Assembly (NCBI GenBank): GCA_038087875.1
Contig: CM075990.1
Span: 4,528,001-4,592,000 of the forward strand
Reading direction: 5' to 3'
Source: Malacoraja senta
Lineage: Eukaryota
DNA: 64,000 nucleotides
Each line of letters starts with the position of its first letter. Position 1 is the stretch's first letter. A model generated the notes under the pieces. It was not told the origin of the DNA, did no database searches, and saw only the letters and a list, made by a program, of their open reading frames with translations. The position numbers and the translations under genes are program-made. Below, in pieces: positions 36,799-51,999 of the stretch.

Positions 36799-38371
36799 GT
36801 AAGGGATGGCCCATGAAGACCTTGCTCCACTCTTCTACCCATCTCTTCCTCAGTCCCCAAACATTCCCTTCCCTCTCACTTCATCCATAATTTAGCTTAA
36901 TTCTGTAAAGTTCAACTCTTTCTCTTTGGCCATAACCATTCTGATAATTCAGCTTATTGACAGAGGACACAGTATGATTCATATGGACACTTGATATTAT
37001 ATTTTTATGCCAGGGGGTGTTACAAGGTTTAGGAGCTTTGACAATAGCGTAATCCATATAAATGAAACTGAATGATTCATTTACTGTAACATTGCTAAAC
37101 TCTAGGAAGAGCAAATCATTCTGTTAAAACATGATATTAGTGGTCCTAAGAAACCTAGGGTTATAGAAAATCATGTTGTAAAAATAATTTCTCAATGGGG
37201 GAAAGAGGGTTAGGGCTGGAGGTTCAGACTAACAAAAACAACATTTTTTTCCTGCAGGATTTTCAAACATAATAGTATTAAGTTTAGTTTTGTTTCTGCT
37301 AGCTAAAAGGACTAAAGGCTGTATGTTACATTGTTTAATAGAATATCGTTGCACAACTATCAATAGGAGTCATTCTTGTTCATTTCAATAGCCCCTGTGG
37401 TGAAACTGATCACTGTGGGGAGGTTACTTGAAACAGTTTTTCCCACTAGACTGTTTGTGCCAAGACAGCTTTTTTTCTGCGTGTCAATTTCCAAAGGAAC
37501 TTTTAAGGGGTTCTCTAGCCGCCAATCAAAATTACACTATAACCAATTTGGTTATACAAATAGTATAATACAAATAACATTCCCTGATTCATAGATCACA
37601 TTATATCTAATAAATTTAGTTTAGTTTAGTTATTATTGTCATGTGTACCGAGGTACAATGAGAAGCTTTTTGTTGTGTGCTATCCAGTCAGTGACAAGAC
37701 TGTAATAAAGACTGTAATATGATTACAATCAAGCCATCCAAATTGTCCAGATACAGGATAAAAGGAATAATACTTCGTGCAAGATAGTCCGGTAAAGTCC
37801 GAATAAAGATATTTCTAAGGTCTACAAAGAGGTAAATGATAGGACCACTCATGTACATGTGATGATAATGTTTTGTTTCATTCATTCATTTATTAATTAA
37901 TTCATTCATAATTTGAATTGAAGTAATGACAGGGGGTGTTATCGGTAGTAAACTGGACAGTACTTTGGGATTTGCTGAACTGTTGCAACAAAGTACCGGT
38001 GGTAAAGTCCAGATTTCTACCCTTGTGTTGGGCTAAGGTTCAGTCTGGTCAAGCTGCCTTGGTGCAGCTGGCGAACAGAGCTTGCTGGTGCTGCTCAGAC
38101 AGCTGCTGAGGATGGTCCCAGCTCCCTATTACAAGCAACCCAGTCCTCTGCAATCCCGATCCGACCTTAGTTGATAGAAGCGGGTGAACGGAGATGGCCT
38201 CAGAACTGGCCTTCCGTGAGGCTGGACCTCTGCTGAGGTTTCCTGGTTAATTGCTAATCCAGTGCCATGTTTCCTACAACCCATTGATGGTGGGTATGGC
38301 TCCCTGACCCGTGCAGTGTGTCTAACTCATGTTTCGTAGCTGAATCTCACCGCCAGCTTTTAGCTGCCATT

Positions 38372-39088
38372 AGGTGGCACTGTGGCACATCGGTCTAGTT
38401 GCTGCCTAACAGTGCCAGAGACCCGAGTTTGATCTGTGGTGGACAGGTGCTGTCTGTGCGGAGTTTGCAAGTTCTCCCTGTAACTGCGTGGGTTGTCTCC
38501 GGGTGCTCCGGTTTCCTCCCACACCACAAAGACGTACAGGTTTGGAAGTTAATTAGCTTCAGTAAAGTTATACATTGTCTCCAGTGTGTAGGATAGTGCT
38601 AGTGTGTGGGGTGCTCTCTGGTCAGCGCAGACTTGATGGGCCGAAGGGCCTGTTTCTGTGCTGTCTCATTAATCTAAACTAAACTAAGTATGGATGACAT
38701 CTGCCTGAGCGGATGAAATACATTTAAATGAAAGCAGGTTAGAGTTTGTAAAATATGAACGTAATCTAGATTATAGCGGCACAGGTGGTAACGTTGCTAC
38801 CCACGATGACAGAGACCCGGGTTCAATTCTGACCTTGGGTGCTGTCTGTGTGGAGTTTACACGTTTTCCCTTTGGGTTTCCTCCGGATGCTCCGGTTTCC
38901 TCCCACATCCCAACAAAATGTGGGTTTGCAGGTTAATTGGCCCTCTGTAAATTACCCCTAATGTTCAGGGAGTGGATGAGAAAGTGGGATGACATAGAAC
39001 TAGTGTGAACAGGTGATCGATGGTCGGCGTGGACTTGGTGGGCCGAAGGGCCTGTTTCCACGCTGTATCTTGACACGAAACTGAAAAC
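38372..39088 (+). mobile_element. Two tandem HE1-like SINEs (38372-38687, 38776-39088)
   Basis: Head, V-domain and tail in each. Confidence 0.8.
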
Positions 39089-39915
39089 TGCTTTCAGAAT
39101 GCTTTATTGAATATTGGAGATACATTGATAATAAATCAGATAACATATTATCATTCTGCCTTCCTTCTTTTATTTTTCTATTGCATTATTTCCAACCAAA
39201 TCATTTTGATGAATAGGATGGTGAATTTATCTTTAAGAGCAGTTTGGGCACATGTGCAAGCAAGCCAGCCTGTATCTGAAGAGTGTAGGAAGGAACTGCA
39301 GATGCTGGTTTAAACCGCCAGATAGACACAAAATGCTGGAGTCACTCAGCGGAACAGACAGCATCTCTGGAAAATAGGGAATTTGTGACATTTTGGGTCG
39401 AGTCTGAAGAAGGGTCTCGACCCTTAACGTCACCTATTCCTTTTCTCCAGAGATGCTGTCTGACCCGCTGAGTGACTCCAGCTTTTAGTGTCTATCACAA
39501 TGTACGAATGCAGGATAAAGGCTACAATATTTAGTGCATGGTAAAGCCCGATTAAAGATAGTTTAAAAGTCTCCAATGAGGTAGCTGGGAGGTCAGGACC
39601 GCACTCTAGCTGATGGGAGGACATTTCAGTCGCCTGATCACAGCTGGGACGAAACTGTCCCTGAATCTGGAAGTGTGTGCGTTTTCACACTTCTGTTCCT
39701 CTTGCCAGATGGGAGATGGGAGATGGGAGAGTGACCGGGGTGAGACTGGTCCTTGATTATGCTGGCGGGCTTGCCGAGGCAGTGTGAAGTATGAGGTTTC
39801 TGCCCTTGGCTTTTAATTTAGACATGAAATGGTGCCTGAGCTCGCAGACTTGTTGTGGTGCTGGGACTCAGGCTGGTCGACACTAATGAGTTCTTTCTTT
39901 TCCCGTTCCCTGCAG

Positions 39916-39927
39916 ACTGGAAAATGA
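39916..39927 (+). CDS. SNCG: Gamma-synuclein last coding exon (TGK-stop)
   Basis: Long pyrimidine tract ...tccctgcag then ACT GGA AAA TGA; Torpedo synuclein also ends in TGK (recalled). Confidence 0.88.
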   Translation, partial: TGK

Positions 39928-40354
39928 GCAGGTGCTGGTTGATTGGAAGATTCTGGGTGTGCCCGCCCCTTGCCCTAGACCTCCACACCAGCGTTGCCAC
40001 AAAGAATCAAGGACCAGAGGGTCGCCATGTGTTGTAGCTGAAGATATAGTCGTAAAACTGCTCCAAGGTCGTTGCATTTGCAGTCATGCCTGTATGTCCT
40101 GTATGTCTCCACCAGTGGGCAGTGTAACAGGGGCTCTTGCTCCTCCATTGCTGGCTGCTGGGCCCTGTGGCACAATCTCCTTGTAGCTGCTACCAGTCTC
40201 TCTCACACCACGCACCTTCATCGACACACGCCCACGCCTGCTTCTCGTCGCCCGGTTACACCAACGTTGCAACTCGTGATATGTGCCCTGCATGTTCTGT
40301 CCACTGGCTTCCTGCCTCGCATTTAGCTGTCACGAGCACTTGGGAGATTTTTAT

Positions 40355-40360
40355 AATAAA
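40355..40360 (+). terminator. Probable SNCG polyadenylation signal
   Basis: AATAAA about 430 nt after the stop, at the end of a non-repetitive 3'UTR-like stretch. Confidence 0.6.
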
Positions 40361-41711
40361 ATCAAGATTTAAATGAACATTAACGGGGTCAGTTTGCAAT
40401 CATTGATCATCCTCATTGTCCTGTGAATGTCAACTCTATGTAAGGCGGCGCAGCGGTTGAGAGACTGCCTCACAGCGCCAGAGGCCCCGGTTCGATACCG
40501 ACCACGGGGTGCTGTCGGTACTGAGTTTGGAAATTCTCCCTGTGATCGTGTGGGTTTTCTCCAGGATCTCCGGTTTCCGCCCACACTCCAAAGACGTACA
40601 TGTTTGCAGGTTATTTGGCTTGGTAAAATTGTACCCAGTGTGTGTAGGACAGTGTTACGCTGGTCGGCATGGACTCGGTGGGCCGAAGGGCCTGTTACTG
40701 CTCTGTATCTCGAAAGCTATAACTAAAATCAACAAGAGGCTGTGAACTCAGATGTTAATCATAATTTTGTTTCATGAACAAGTCAGAGCAATGGACATAG
40801 AACAGTACAGCACAGGAAGAGGCCCTTCGGCCCCACATTGTCTGTGCCCAACATGATGCCAACAACAATGTTATCTGCCTGCATGTGATGCATAGCCCTC
40901 CAAATCCATGTGCCTATCCAAAAGTCTCCCAAATGCCACTCTCATACCTGCCTCCACCACCATCTCTGGCAGTGCATTCCGGGCACCCACCACTCTCTGA
41001 AGCCAACTATCTGTGGAATTCATTGCCACGGAGGGCTGCGGAGGCCAAGTCAATGGATATTTTTACGGCAGTGATTGATAGATTTTTGATTAGTGTGGGT
41101 ATCAGGCGTTATGGGGAGAAGGCAGGAGAATGGAATTGAGAGGGATAGATAGATCAGCCGTGATTGAATGGGCCGAATGGCCTAATTCTGTTCCTACAAC
41201 TTATGAACATGAATGGAAAATTGTGTTTCTTTCCGTTCACGGATGCTATGGACATATCCCTCAACATTGTCCTATCCACATGTTCACCACAGATAGGGTT
41301 CAGGATGAAGTGGACAACTCTGGATGCCCAAAGAGACACAGGATGCTGGAGTAACTCAGCGGAAGGAATGGGTGACGTTTCAGGTCGAGACCCTTCAGAA
41401 GAAAAGTCTCGACCCAAAACGTCACCCAATCACTTTCTCCAGAGATGCTGCCTGTCCCGCTGAGTTACTCCAGCATCTTGTGTCTTTCTTTGGTGTAAAC
41501 CAGCATCTGCAGTTCCTTCCGACACACTCATGTCCAGCAGGAATCAAGTAACAAATTGGATTGCCACTTTCCCAACACAAGTGCTGTATCTCCAACTGTA
41601 GAGAAGAGACCAACATTAAGTTAGTCTTTTGTATTATTGTATTGCAAGATGTATTTATTTCATCCAGAGACAGGGAGTAAACATACATGACACGGAATCT
41701 GCACTCGACTG

Positions 41712-42730
41712 TACATAGAACATAGAACATAGAAACATAGAAAATAGGTGCAGGAGGCCATTCGGCCCTTCGAGCCAGCACCGCCATTCATTGTGATCAT
41801 GGCTGATCGTCCCCTATCAATAACCTGTGCCTGCCTTCTCCACATATCCCTTGACTCCACTAGCCCCCAGAGCTCTATCTAACTCTCTCTTAAATCCATC
41901 CAGTGACTTGGCCTCCACTGCCCTCTGTGGCAGGGAATTCCACAAATTCACAACTCTCAGGGTGAAAATGTTTTTTCTCACCTCAGTCTTAAATGACCTC
42001 CCCTTTATTCGAAGACTGTGGCCCCTGGTTCTGGACTCGCCCAACATTGGGAACATTTTTCCTGCATCCTGCTCGTCCAGTCCTTTTATAATTTTATACA
42101 CATACCATACACATACACATTACATAACACAGTACAGTACAGGAACAGGCCCTTTGGCCCACAATGTCCATGCTGGACATGAGGCCAAGTTAAACTGATC
42201 TCCTCTGCCTATTTGTGATCAATATCTCCCTCCATTCCCTATAAATTCATGGGCCTATCTAAAATCTCTGCTCATCATCAGGAACCAGTATGGGTGGGCA
42301 AGAGAGCTGTGGACTGAATATTAGAACAGAAAGTGCTGGGAATACACAACAGGCTAAGCAACATCCATGGAGCAAGAAACATAGAAACATAGAAATTAGG
42401 TGCAGGAGTAGGCCATTCGGCCCTTCGAGCCTGCACCGCCATTCAATATGATCATGGCTGATCATCCAACTCAGTATCCCGTACCTGCCTTCTCTCCATA
42501 CCCTCTGATCCCCTTAGCCACAAGGGCCACATCCAACTCCCTCTTAAATATAGCCAATGAACTGGCCTCGACTACCCTCTGTGGCAGAGAGTTCCAGAGA
42601 TTCACCACTCTCTGTGTGAAAAAAGTTCTTCTCATCTCGGTTTTAAAGGATTTCCCCCTTATCCTTAAGCTGTGACCCCTTGTCCTGGACTTCCCCAACA
42701 TCGGGAGCAATCTTCCTGCATCTAGCCTGT
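41712..42730 (-). mobile_element. CR1 3' fragments (41712-42100, 42376-42730)
   Basis: RT C-terminal peptides and (tttctatg)n tails. Confidence 0.88.
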
Positions 42731-43200
42731 TTGAACAGAACCAAGATGTTAGGAAATAGACTGGGAAAGAGAGAATTAGTATGGGTGTCAGGGGTTATGG
42801 GACCAAGGCTGGAGAATGGGGTTGAGAGGGAAAGATAGATCAGCCATGATTGAATGGTGGAATAGATTTGATGGGCCGAATGGCATAATTCTGCTCATAG
42901 AGCTTATGAACATAAAATAAATGTCTGTCCTGTGATATGCTGAGGACCAAGAGATTTGCTCAAGGGTGCTGTCTGTGCAGAGTTTGCGCGTTCTCCCTGT
43001 GACCGCGTGGGTTTTCTCTGGGTGACCCGGTTTCCTCCCACATCCCAAAGACGGCAGGTGTGTAGGTTAATTGGCTTCTGTAAATTGCCTCAAGTGTGTA
43101 GGATGGGGGAAAAAAAGGAATAACAGCTCTAGTAACCGGCCTTATTCCCTGTTTTGTGACCTACGTTAAAATTTCAGTGTCATAATCAGAACCATTGACA

Positions 43201-43485
43201 GGGCGGCACAGCGGTAGAGTTGCTGCCTCACAACGTCAGAGACCCTGGGTTCGATCCCGCCTACGGGTGCTGTCTCTATGTTCTCCCAATGAACACATGG
43301 GTTTTCTCCGGGTGCTCCGGTTTCCTCCCAAACTCCAAAGACATACAAGTTAGTAGGTTAATTGGCTTCGGTAAAAATTGTAAATCATCCCTAGTGCGCG
43401 TAGGATAGTGCTAGTGTACGGGGTGATCACTAGTTTGGCGCGCAATCGTTGGACCGAAGGGCCGGTTTCCACGCTGTATCTTTAA
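43201..43485 (+). mobile_element. HE1-like SINE (others at 40443-40727 and 44133-44364)
   Basis: Head, V-domain, tail. Confidence 0.8.
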
Positions 43486-46400
43486 CGTACTAGCGTACTG
43501 AAGAGTAAGCACCAAACCAACTCTCTTCAAAGCTGGCATCTAATACACTCCTGAGTCAGATGAGTTTTTTTCAAAATGCGATTTTTATGCAAATAATCAC
43601 ACTATTAAACTAAATGATCTCCACTCCCAAACAATTAAGTTATGTCATTTGACACTCAAATTATTAAACATTAACTAACGACTGCCCTTGGGCTAATTTA
43701 AACAAATTATCCAAAGAAACTAAGAGAAGTTAATAGGTACTTCTGACTGTCCTACATCCATAATACATTTCAACAATGGATAGACACACAGTGTTGGTGT
43801 AACTCAGAGGGTCAGGCAGTATCTCTGGAGAAAAAGGACTGGTGACATTTGGGGTCGGGACCTTTCTTCAGACTGAAAGTAGAAGGGAGGGGTTGAAGAG
43901 TTGAAGGCGGGAAAAGACGATGATTAGTCAGCGCTGGGTGTGGATCTTGATCTTTTCTTGCCTCCAGCTCTTCACTCCGCCCCCCCCCCCTTCCACCCCT
44001 TACTTTCAGTCTGAAGAAGGGTCCCGACCCGAAGCATCACCCGTCCTTTTTCACCAGAGATGCAGCCAGACCTGCTGAGTTACTCCAGCCTTTTGTGCCC
44101 ATCTTTGGTCTAAACCGGCATCTGCGGGTAGCTTAGAGTTACAGCGCGGAAACAGGCCCTTCGGCCCACCGAGTCCGCGCCGACCAGCGACCCCCGCACG
44201 CTGACACCACGTCTTTGTCGTGTGGGAGGAAACCGAAGATCTCGGAGAAAACCCAGGCGGGCCACGGGGAGAAGGTACAAACTCCGTACAGACAAGCACC
44301 CGTAGTCAGGATCGAACCCGGGTCTCTGGCGTTGTGAGGCAGCAACTCTACCGCTGTGCCGCCCCGCAATAAATCACAACAATCTCTTTCTCCACTCCCT
44401 GCAACATGATATCATTTACAAGATGCAAGATACACGATACCTTTATTTGCCACATGTACCAGTTGGCACAGTGAGATGTGGTCACCATGCAGCCATACAA
44501 TAAAATAAAGAACACAACACACGATGGACTCCAGCATAAAACATCCCCACACAGCAGAATCAAAGTTTCCCACTGTGAGGGAAGGCACCAAAAATTCAGT
44601 CCTCTTCCTCTGATGATCTTTGATGTTCACCTGTGGTCGGGGCCTCCCGAGCCCTCCACAGTCGCCGCTACGGGTGGCCCGATGTTCAGGCCCGCTCGCC
44701 GGGATGATGGAACTCCGACGTCGGAACAGGAGAACAACCTCAGTGGCTTGGAGCCCCGAATCAGTGATGAAAAAGTTAATTGATGACAGTTTCTGCTCCA
44801 ATCACACACGCACACTCACCTATTCACAAGTATTTTCACACTCATTGTAGGCAGCCCCTTGGGATTAGAGTGAACTTCCTTCCTCTCCAGGGCGGTGGAG
44901 GCAGGTTCTCTGGATGCTTTCAAGAGAGAGCTAGATAGGACTCTTAAAAATAGCGGATATGGGGAGAAGGCAGGAACGGGGTACTGATTGGGGATGATCA
45001 GCCATGATCACATTGAATGGCGGTACTGGTTCGAAGGGCCAAATGGCCTACTCCTGCACCTATTGTCTATTGTTTATCTGTGGGCTCTGAGATGACTGAT
45101 GAGGTCAATGATGTACGACAGACACTTCCACGAGGGGCAGGGGATGCCTGGCAGAGTGGGTAGCTTGTATGGTCTCTCCATTAAAGATGGTGGTGGCAGT
45201 GGCAGAAGCAGGGATACACTGGTGCCGGTAAGCGGATTGGAGTCTTACCTCTGGACGCTACCAGATCGGCTGAGGGAGGCGCCAGCCCCCAGGACACAAA
45301 GAATGGAGGAGACGAAGGTCGATGTGCCCGGATCGGGGCGTCGGTGGACTGGGCCCCTGGAGGCCCTGCAGCAGCCTGGGGCTCGACTGGATCGGACATC
45401 GCCTCAAGAGGCCTGTGGTGGTGAACACCAACAACTTTGCTTGGCCAGGCCGACTCTGCAATGCCACCAGGATTACACAACGGGCCTTTACGGCCAAGAT
45501 AGGAATTTATAACCTTGGACTTGAATCGTGAAAAATGGTGCCCAAACAAGGCAACTCTTGCATACTGTCTCACTGTATTATCTTAACTGAGATTGTGCTT
45601 ATATTTAGTAATACTTTTATTGAATTGTATGCCAGTATACAAGTGTACCTCGGTACATGTGACAATATTGAACCATAATAGGAAAGAGAAGATACAAAAG
45701 AGGAAAACGGTGCTGGCTCGAAGGGCCAAATGGCCTACTCCTGCACCTATTGTCTATTGTCTAAAACCTCCCCTGCCTTTGTTCACCTGTTGCTTGCCAC
45801 GCATTGTCCTGCCTTTCCACTCACTCAACTTTCCTCCCCCGCCCCTCCCCTCATCCCCACCCCACACAATCTGTCTGAAGAAGACCCTTGACCTGAAACG
45901 GCACCTGATTGAAGGGGGTGGGGGGCGGAATGGGAAAGAAAGCTGGACATGTTCTGCCAGGCGGAGGAGAGTGTTAGTGGAGGGAAATTTATTGGGTCTC
46001 AGTCCGAGGAAGAACTGGAGGGCCTTGAGACCTTCCCAGTGAGGCATGGAGGTGTAGAGGGACTGGACATCCATGTTAAAGGTTAACTTGAAATAGAAAG
46101 TTATTAATGGGTTTACCAGGGATTGTGAGGTGTCTCGCATGCAAGTGGGAAGGGACTGGACAGGGGGGGGTGGGATAGGATGGCATCAAGGCATGTGGAG
46201 ATGAGTTCAGTGAGGCAGCAGTAGGCAGCAGCAGGCAGAGTGGATGGGTTTGACAGGGCAGTCCTGTCTATGGATTTTGCGTTGGAGATAAAAGCAGGAC
46301 TGGGCGGCAAGGTGGTGCAGCGGTAGAGTTGCTGCCTTGCAGCGCTTGCAGCTCCGGAGAGCCGTGTTCGACCCTTACTACGGGCACTGTCTGTAAGGAG

Positions 46401-46954
46401 TTTGCACGTTCTCCCCGTGATCGCGTGGGTTCTAGTCAAACTAGTTAGAGAACTAGGATGATGGAAGGATGGAGAGAGAGAGGGAAAGCAAGAGTTACTT
46501 AAAGTTAGAGAAGTCTATATTTATACCGCTGAGGTGTGAGCTGCCCAAGCGAAATATGAGGTGCTGTTCCTCCAATTTGCATCGGGCCTCACTCTGGCAG
46601 TGGAGGAGGCCCAGGACAGAAAGGTCAGTGTGGGAATGGGAATGGGAAGGGGGGGGGGGGGGGATGAAATACCAGCAGGAGGAGTCCAAGAGGTGGGAGA
46701 ATGTTGGAGATGGGGAAAGTTGAGGTGATTGAAGAAGACCTCTGCGTCATGGTGGGCCCGGAATTCCGAGGTGGAGGAGTAGGGGAACAAAGGTAAGGTC
46801 TCTGCTAAAGACCAACCATTCAACAGCATAGATGCAATGGGTGTTACAAAAATGCAAACATATTAGCTGACAGAATGACAGTAAATGACTTTAAAATGGA
46901 AAGATCAGTGTGTGAATGTTCAAAGCTGAGCAGTGAGTTCATTTAAAGAAGCAT

Positions 46955-46960
46955 TTTATT
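46955..46960 (-). terminator. Polyadenylation signal of the small minus-strand gene
   Basis: AATAAA on the minus strand about 85 nt after the stop codon. Confidence 0.6.
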
Positions 46961-47045
46961 CATTTAAAAGGACATTTTGTTTCTAAACGTGAGAGTTCTA
47001 GACAAACTGTAACGGCAAACATTGCCTCAAGTTGGAGATGACAGA

Positions 47046-47119
47046 TCACGTATTGAAAGGAAGATTTTTGACGACTTCAGTCCCTTTCTCTTTCAAAACG
47101 GTTGCACCCATATCAACAG
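47046..47119 (-). CDS. Small lysine-rich protein gene, coding exon 3: (A)VDMGATVLKEKGTEVVKNLPFNT-stop
   Basis: gattttcttttcag acceptor, phase 1, TGA at 47048-47046, AATAAA downstream. Confidence 0.75.
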
Positions 47120-47629
47120 CTGAAAAGAAAATCGTTCATTTGATGAAGTCAATGCACTAGTTTTGTTGTCCACTGTAACTACTGCACTTGGGCTGGAGCT
47201 GCCTGCCTCAGCATAGCATGGCTGCATTACACTGCTCCCATCCAAGATATCCTATCAACCACAGCTTCAGTTTAGGGATGGTCTGACGAAGGGTCTCAAC
47301 CCCAAATCTCACCTAATCTTTTTCACCAGAGATGCTGCCTGGCCGCTGAGTTACTCCAGCTTATTGTGTCTGGGTAGGGGATTTTAAATGCCAGGGTCGA
47401 CATATCTGAGAACTCCCAGATTGTCTGAGTCCATGGGACGGGCGGGCGTTCCCTCAGTCTTCATCCCGCTGGGCAGGTGGTGTTGGTTGCCACACACTGA
47501 GGACTATATAATTGGGAAGATGTAGAAAATGTAGAGTATGGAAACAGGTTCTTTGGCCCAAGTTGTCCACATCAACCGAGATGCCCCTTCAACACCAGTC
47601 CCACTTCCCACTTTTGGCCCACATCCCTC

Positions 47630-48160
47630 TAAACATAGAAACATAGAAAATAGGTGCAGGAGGAGGCCATTCGGCCCTTCGAGCCAGCACCACCATTCAT
47701 TGTGATCATGGCTGATCGTCCCCTATCAATAACCCGTGCCTGCCTTCTCCCCATATCCCTTGACTCCACTAGCCCCTAGAGCTCTATCTAACTCTCTCTT
47801 AAATCCATCCAGTGACTTGGCCTCCACTGCCCTCTGTGGCAAAGAATTCCATAAATTCACAACTTTCTGGGTGAAAACGTTTTTTCTCACCTCAGTCTTA
47901 AATGACCTCCCCTTTATTCTAAGACTGTGGCCCCTGGTACTGGACTCGCCCCACATTGGGAACATTTTTTCCTGCATCTGGCTTGTCCAGTCCTTTTATA
48001 ATTTTATATGTTTCTATAAGATTCCCCCTCATCCTTCTAAACTCCAGTGAATCCAAGCCTAGTCTTTTCAATCTTTCCTCATATGACAGTCCCGCCATCC
48101 CAGGGATCAATCTCGTGAACCTACGCTGCACTGGCTCGATCACAAGGATGTCCTTCCTCA
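47630..48160 (-). mobile_element. CR1 3' fragment
   Basis: RKDILVIEPVQRRFTRLIPG... Confidence 0.88.
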
Positions 48161-49569
48161 AAACCTTTCCTAGTGTTATAGTTTACTTTGGTTTGGAGAT
48201 ACAGCACGGAAGCAGGCCCTTCGGCCCATCGAGTCCGTGCTGACCAGCGATCCCCGCACGTTAACGCTATCTTACATACCCTAGGGACAATTTTGCATTT
48301 ATGCCAAGCCAATCAACCTACAAACCCATACGTCTTAGGAGTGTGGGCAGAAACCGAAGATCTCGGAGGAATCCCACGCGGTTAAAAATAGCGGGGTCGG
48401 GGGATATGGGGAGAAGGCAGGAACGGGGTACTGATTGGGGATGATCAGCCATGATCACATTTAATGGCGGTGCTGGGCTCGAAGGGCCGAATGTCCTACT
48501 CCTGCACCTATTGTCTATTGTCTATTGTCATGGGGAGAATGTACAAAATCCGTACAGACAGCACCCGTAGTCGGGATCGAACCAGGGTCTCTAGCTCTGC
48601 AACATTGTAAGGCAGCCACGCTACCACTGCACCACCGTGCCACCCTAGAGCCTTACAGCATGGGAAACAGGCCCTTTTTGGCCCAACTTGCCCAACATGT
48701 CCCATCTACACTGGTCCCACCTTGGCTACCAGTGTACAGATATAGAATAAAGGATATGACGTTTAGAGCAAGATAAACTCCAGTAAAGTCCAATTAAAGA
48801 TAGTCCAAGGGTTTCCAATGAGGTTGATGGGAGATCAGGACCGCCCACTAAACATTATCCCCTTCATGCTGTATCTGTACACGGTGGACCGTGTGTTGTC
48901 TTTCCCGCTGACTGGATAGCACGCAACCAAAAAGGTTTTCACTGCACACGTGATTTGACTAAACTAAACCAAATCAAAACTAAATTGTTCCATTCTTGGT
49001 GATACGATGGTTCAGTTGCCTGATAACAGCCGGGAAGAAACTGTCCCTGAATCTGGAGGATACTTCCTCCAGATTCAGCGTCAATACTTTCACCAAAACA
49101 ACCACCGCAAGTGAGAGGAGGGGAGGTTTGCCCCGTAACCCGGGCAACGAAGTGAGCGGATGGACGTGCGTGCGGAGGGGGTGAGATTGGACTGGGGGAG
49201 GAGAGTGGAGAAGTCAAGATGGATGAAGTTGTGCCGACCGTTGGAAATAAAGTGGTCCAGAGAGGGTAGGAAGGAAGGAGCAGATGCTGGTTTACACCGA
49301 AGATAGACACACAATGTTGGAGTAACTCAGAGGGACAGGCAGCATCTCTGGAGAGAAGGAATGGGTGACGTTTCGGGTCTTCAGACTGAGCATCAGGGGA
49401 GAGGGAAACGAGAGATGTGAAAGGTCAGGTGTGAAAACGAGAGATCAAAGAGGACAAGGCTCAAGGAAAGTGTAGAATAGATCATTGTTAGCCAGGGGAA
49501 GGTGGCAACGTACAAAGTATAACTTAATCAGGAGGACAATCAAACTAGTTGTTGAACTAGGGTGGGGGA

Positions 49570-50390
<821 letters not shown>

Positions 50391-50698
50391 GGGGTTATTT
50401 GGAGTTAGAGAAGGATGGGCGATGTTTGGGTCGAGACCCATCTTCATACTGCTGGTGTTGTGTAAGGTGCCCAAGCAAAATATGAGGTGCTGTTCCTCCA
50501 GTTTGTATTGGGCCTCACTCTGACAGTGGCGGAGGCCCAGGACAGAAAGGTCAATGTGGGAATGGGAGGGGGGAGCAGGGGGGGTGCAGAGGAGGGCGCG
50601 GGGGTGGGGGGGAGATGGGAGATAGGGAAACAGACACAATGTCAAGCCTTTCACCAAAACAAGCACCGCCATTGAGGGGAGGAAAGGTTTGTCCGTAC

Positions 50699-50761
50699 CC
50701 TTGTCAACAGCCTCCTCCACCTGTCCTTTTTTCGGTTTTTTTGCTCCCTTCACTGACTTCC
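50699..50761 (-). CDS. Small lysine-rich protein gene, coding exon 2: (G)KSVKGAKKPKKGQVEEAVDK
   Basis: ttgatttctccttccag acceptor, 63 nt, phase 1-1, donor GG|gtacgg. Confidence 0.75.
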
Positions 50762-50959
50762 CTGGAAGGAGAAATCAACAGCAATTTAGGCAGTCACCCC
50801 ACAGCCAGTCCCTCCACCCTCATCACTTACATACATAAACTCTTCACTACGAGCAACCCCTTATAATCCACACCCTTCTCCAACCCACCTTTCATTCGAA
50901 AGCAGGCCAGTGGATTCCACACCCTTCACCGTGATATCTAATCGACAGCCCACCCTCTT

Positions 50960-51258
50960 CTAGAGCACTACAATACAGCCCACACCTTCATCTAACACAC
51001 TCTAATACAGCCCAGACCCTCATCTAACACACTCCATTGCAGCCCACACACCCCCTCTAACTCACTACAATACAGCCCACACCCCCCTCTAACTCACTCC
51101 AATACAGCCCACACCCCCCCTCTAACTCACTCCAATACAGCCCACACACCCCCTCTAACTCACTCCAATACAGCCCACAACCCCCCTCTAACTCACTCCA
51201 ATACAGCCCACCCCCCCCCCTCTAACTCACTACAATACAGCCCACACCCCCCCTCTAT
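50960..51258. repeat. About 30-bp minisatellite (actcactccaatacagcccacaccccctcta)
   Basis: Roughly 9-10 tandem units. Confidence 0.92.
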
Positions 51259-51999
51259 CTTGTTCTTCTAAACAGCCGTAGGGTCTCAACCCGAAACGTC
51301 ACCTATTCCTTTTCTCCAGAGATGCTGCCTGACCCGCTGAGTTCCTCCAGCTTTTTGGGTCTATCTTCGGTTTAAATCAGCATCTGCAGTCCCTTCCTAC
51401 ACCGGACTTAGAACCCTCTGTACTTCACTCATTCGCTGTCTTTCTCTATTTTGATGGCAGTTTGCCTTTAGATTCCTCTCGAATGAGTCCACACTTTCTT
51501 ACATGAAGCAATGTTTGCCAAGTTTCTGCCAGCTCAGTCAACATGTCAATATTCTAATGCAGAGTGCAAATATCCTCATTGCAAGATTGCCTCCTCCCTA
51601 TTTTCATTCTTAACACACCCAATATATTATTAAAATATGTGTTTCGTTACTTGATTTATAGATAAATAATAAACTGTTTGCATTGTCCTCCTTGACCAGA
51701 ATACAGTGTACCTTTCAGCATTGGATTTGATTAAACAAGTTTGCAGAAATTAGCAGTGACATAGCACCATATTACCATCAAAACTCGAAGTTTAAACTTA
51801 AAAAGATGCAATAATCAGTAAGATTTCAATTCTTCTCAAGTTTTCTGTATCAACCCTTGCTAAAAAAAATGTTATAGAATCATAGTGATATAGTGTGGAA
51901 ACAGGCTCTTTGGCCCAACTCGCCCACACCAGCCAACAATGTCCCAGCTACACTAGTCCCACTTGCCTGCGCTTGGTCCGTATCACTCCAAACCTGGGC

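Noticed and set aside
45490..45531. YNLGL peptide reminiscent of the GLUD1 C-terminus (GLUD1 is a syntenic neighbour)
   Set aside because: Five-residue match followed by a stop inside repeat-like sequence, with no other GLUD1 exons found.
50960..51258. CRISPR-like array
   Set aside because: Head-to-tail tandem units with no unique spacers, in a vertebrate context.
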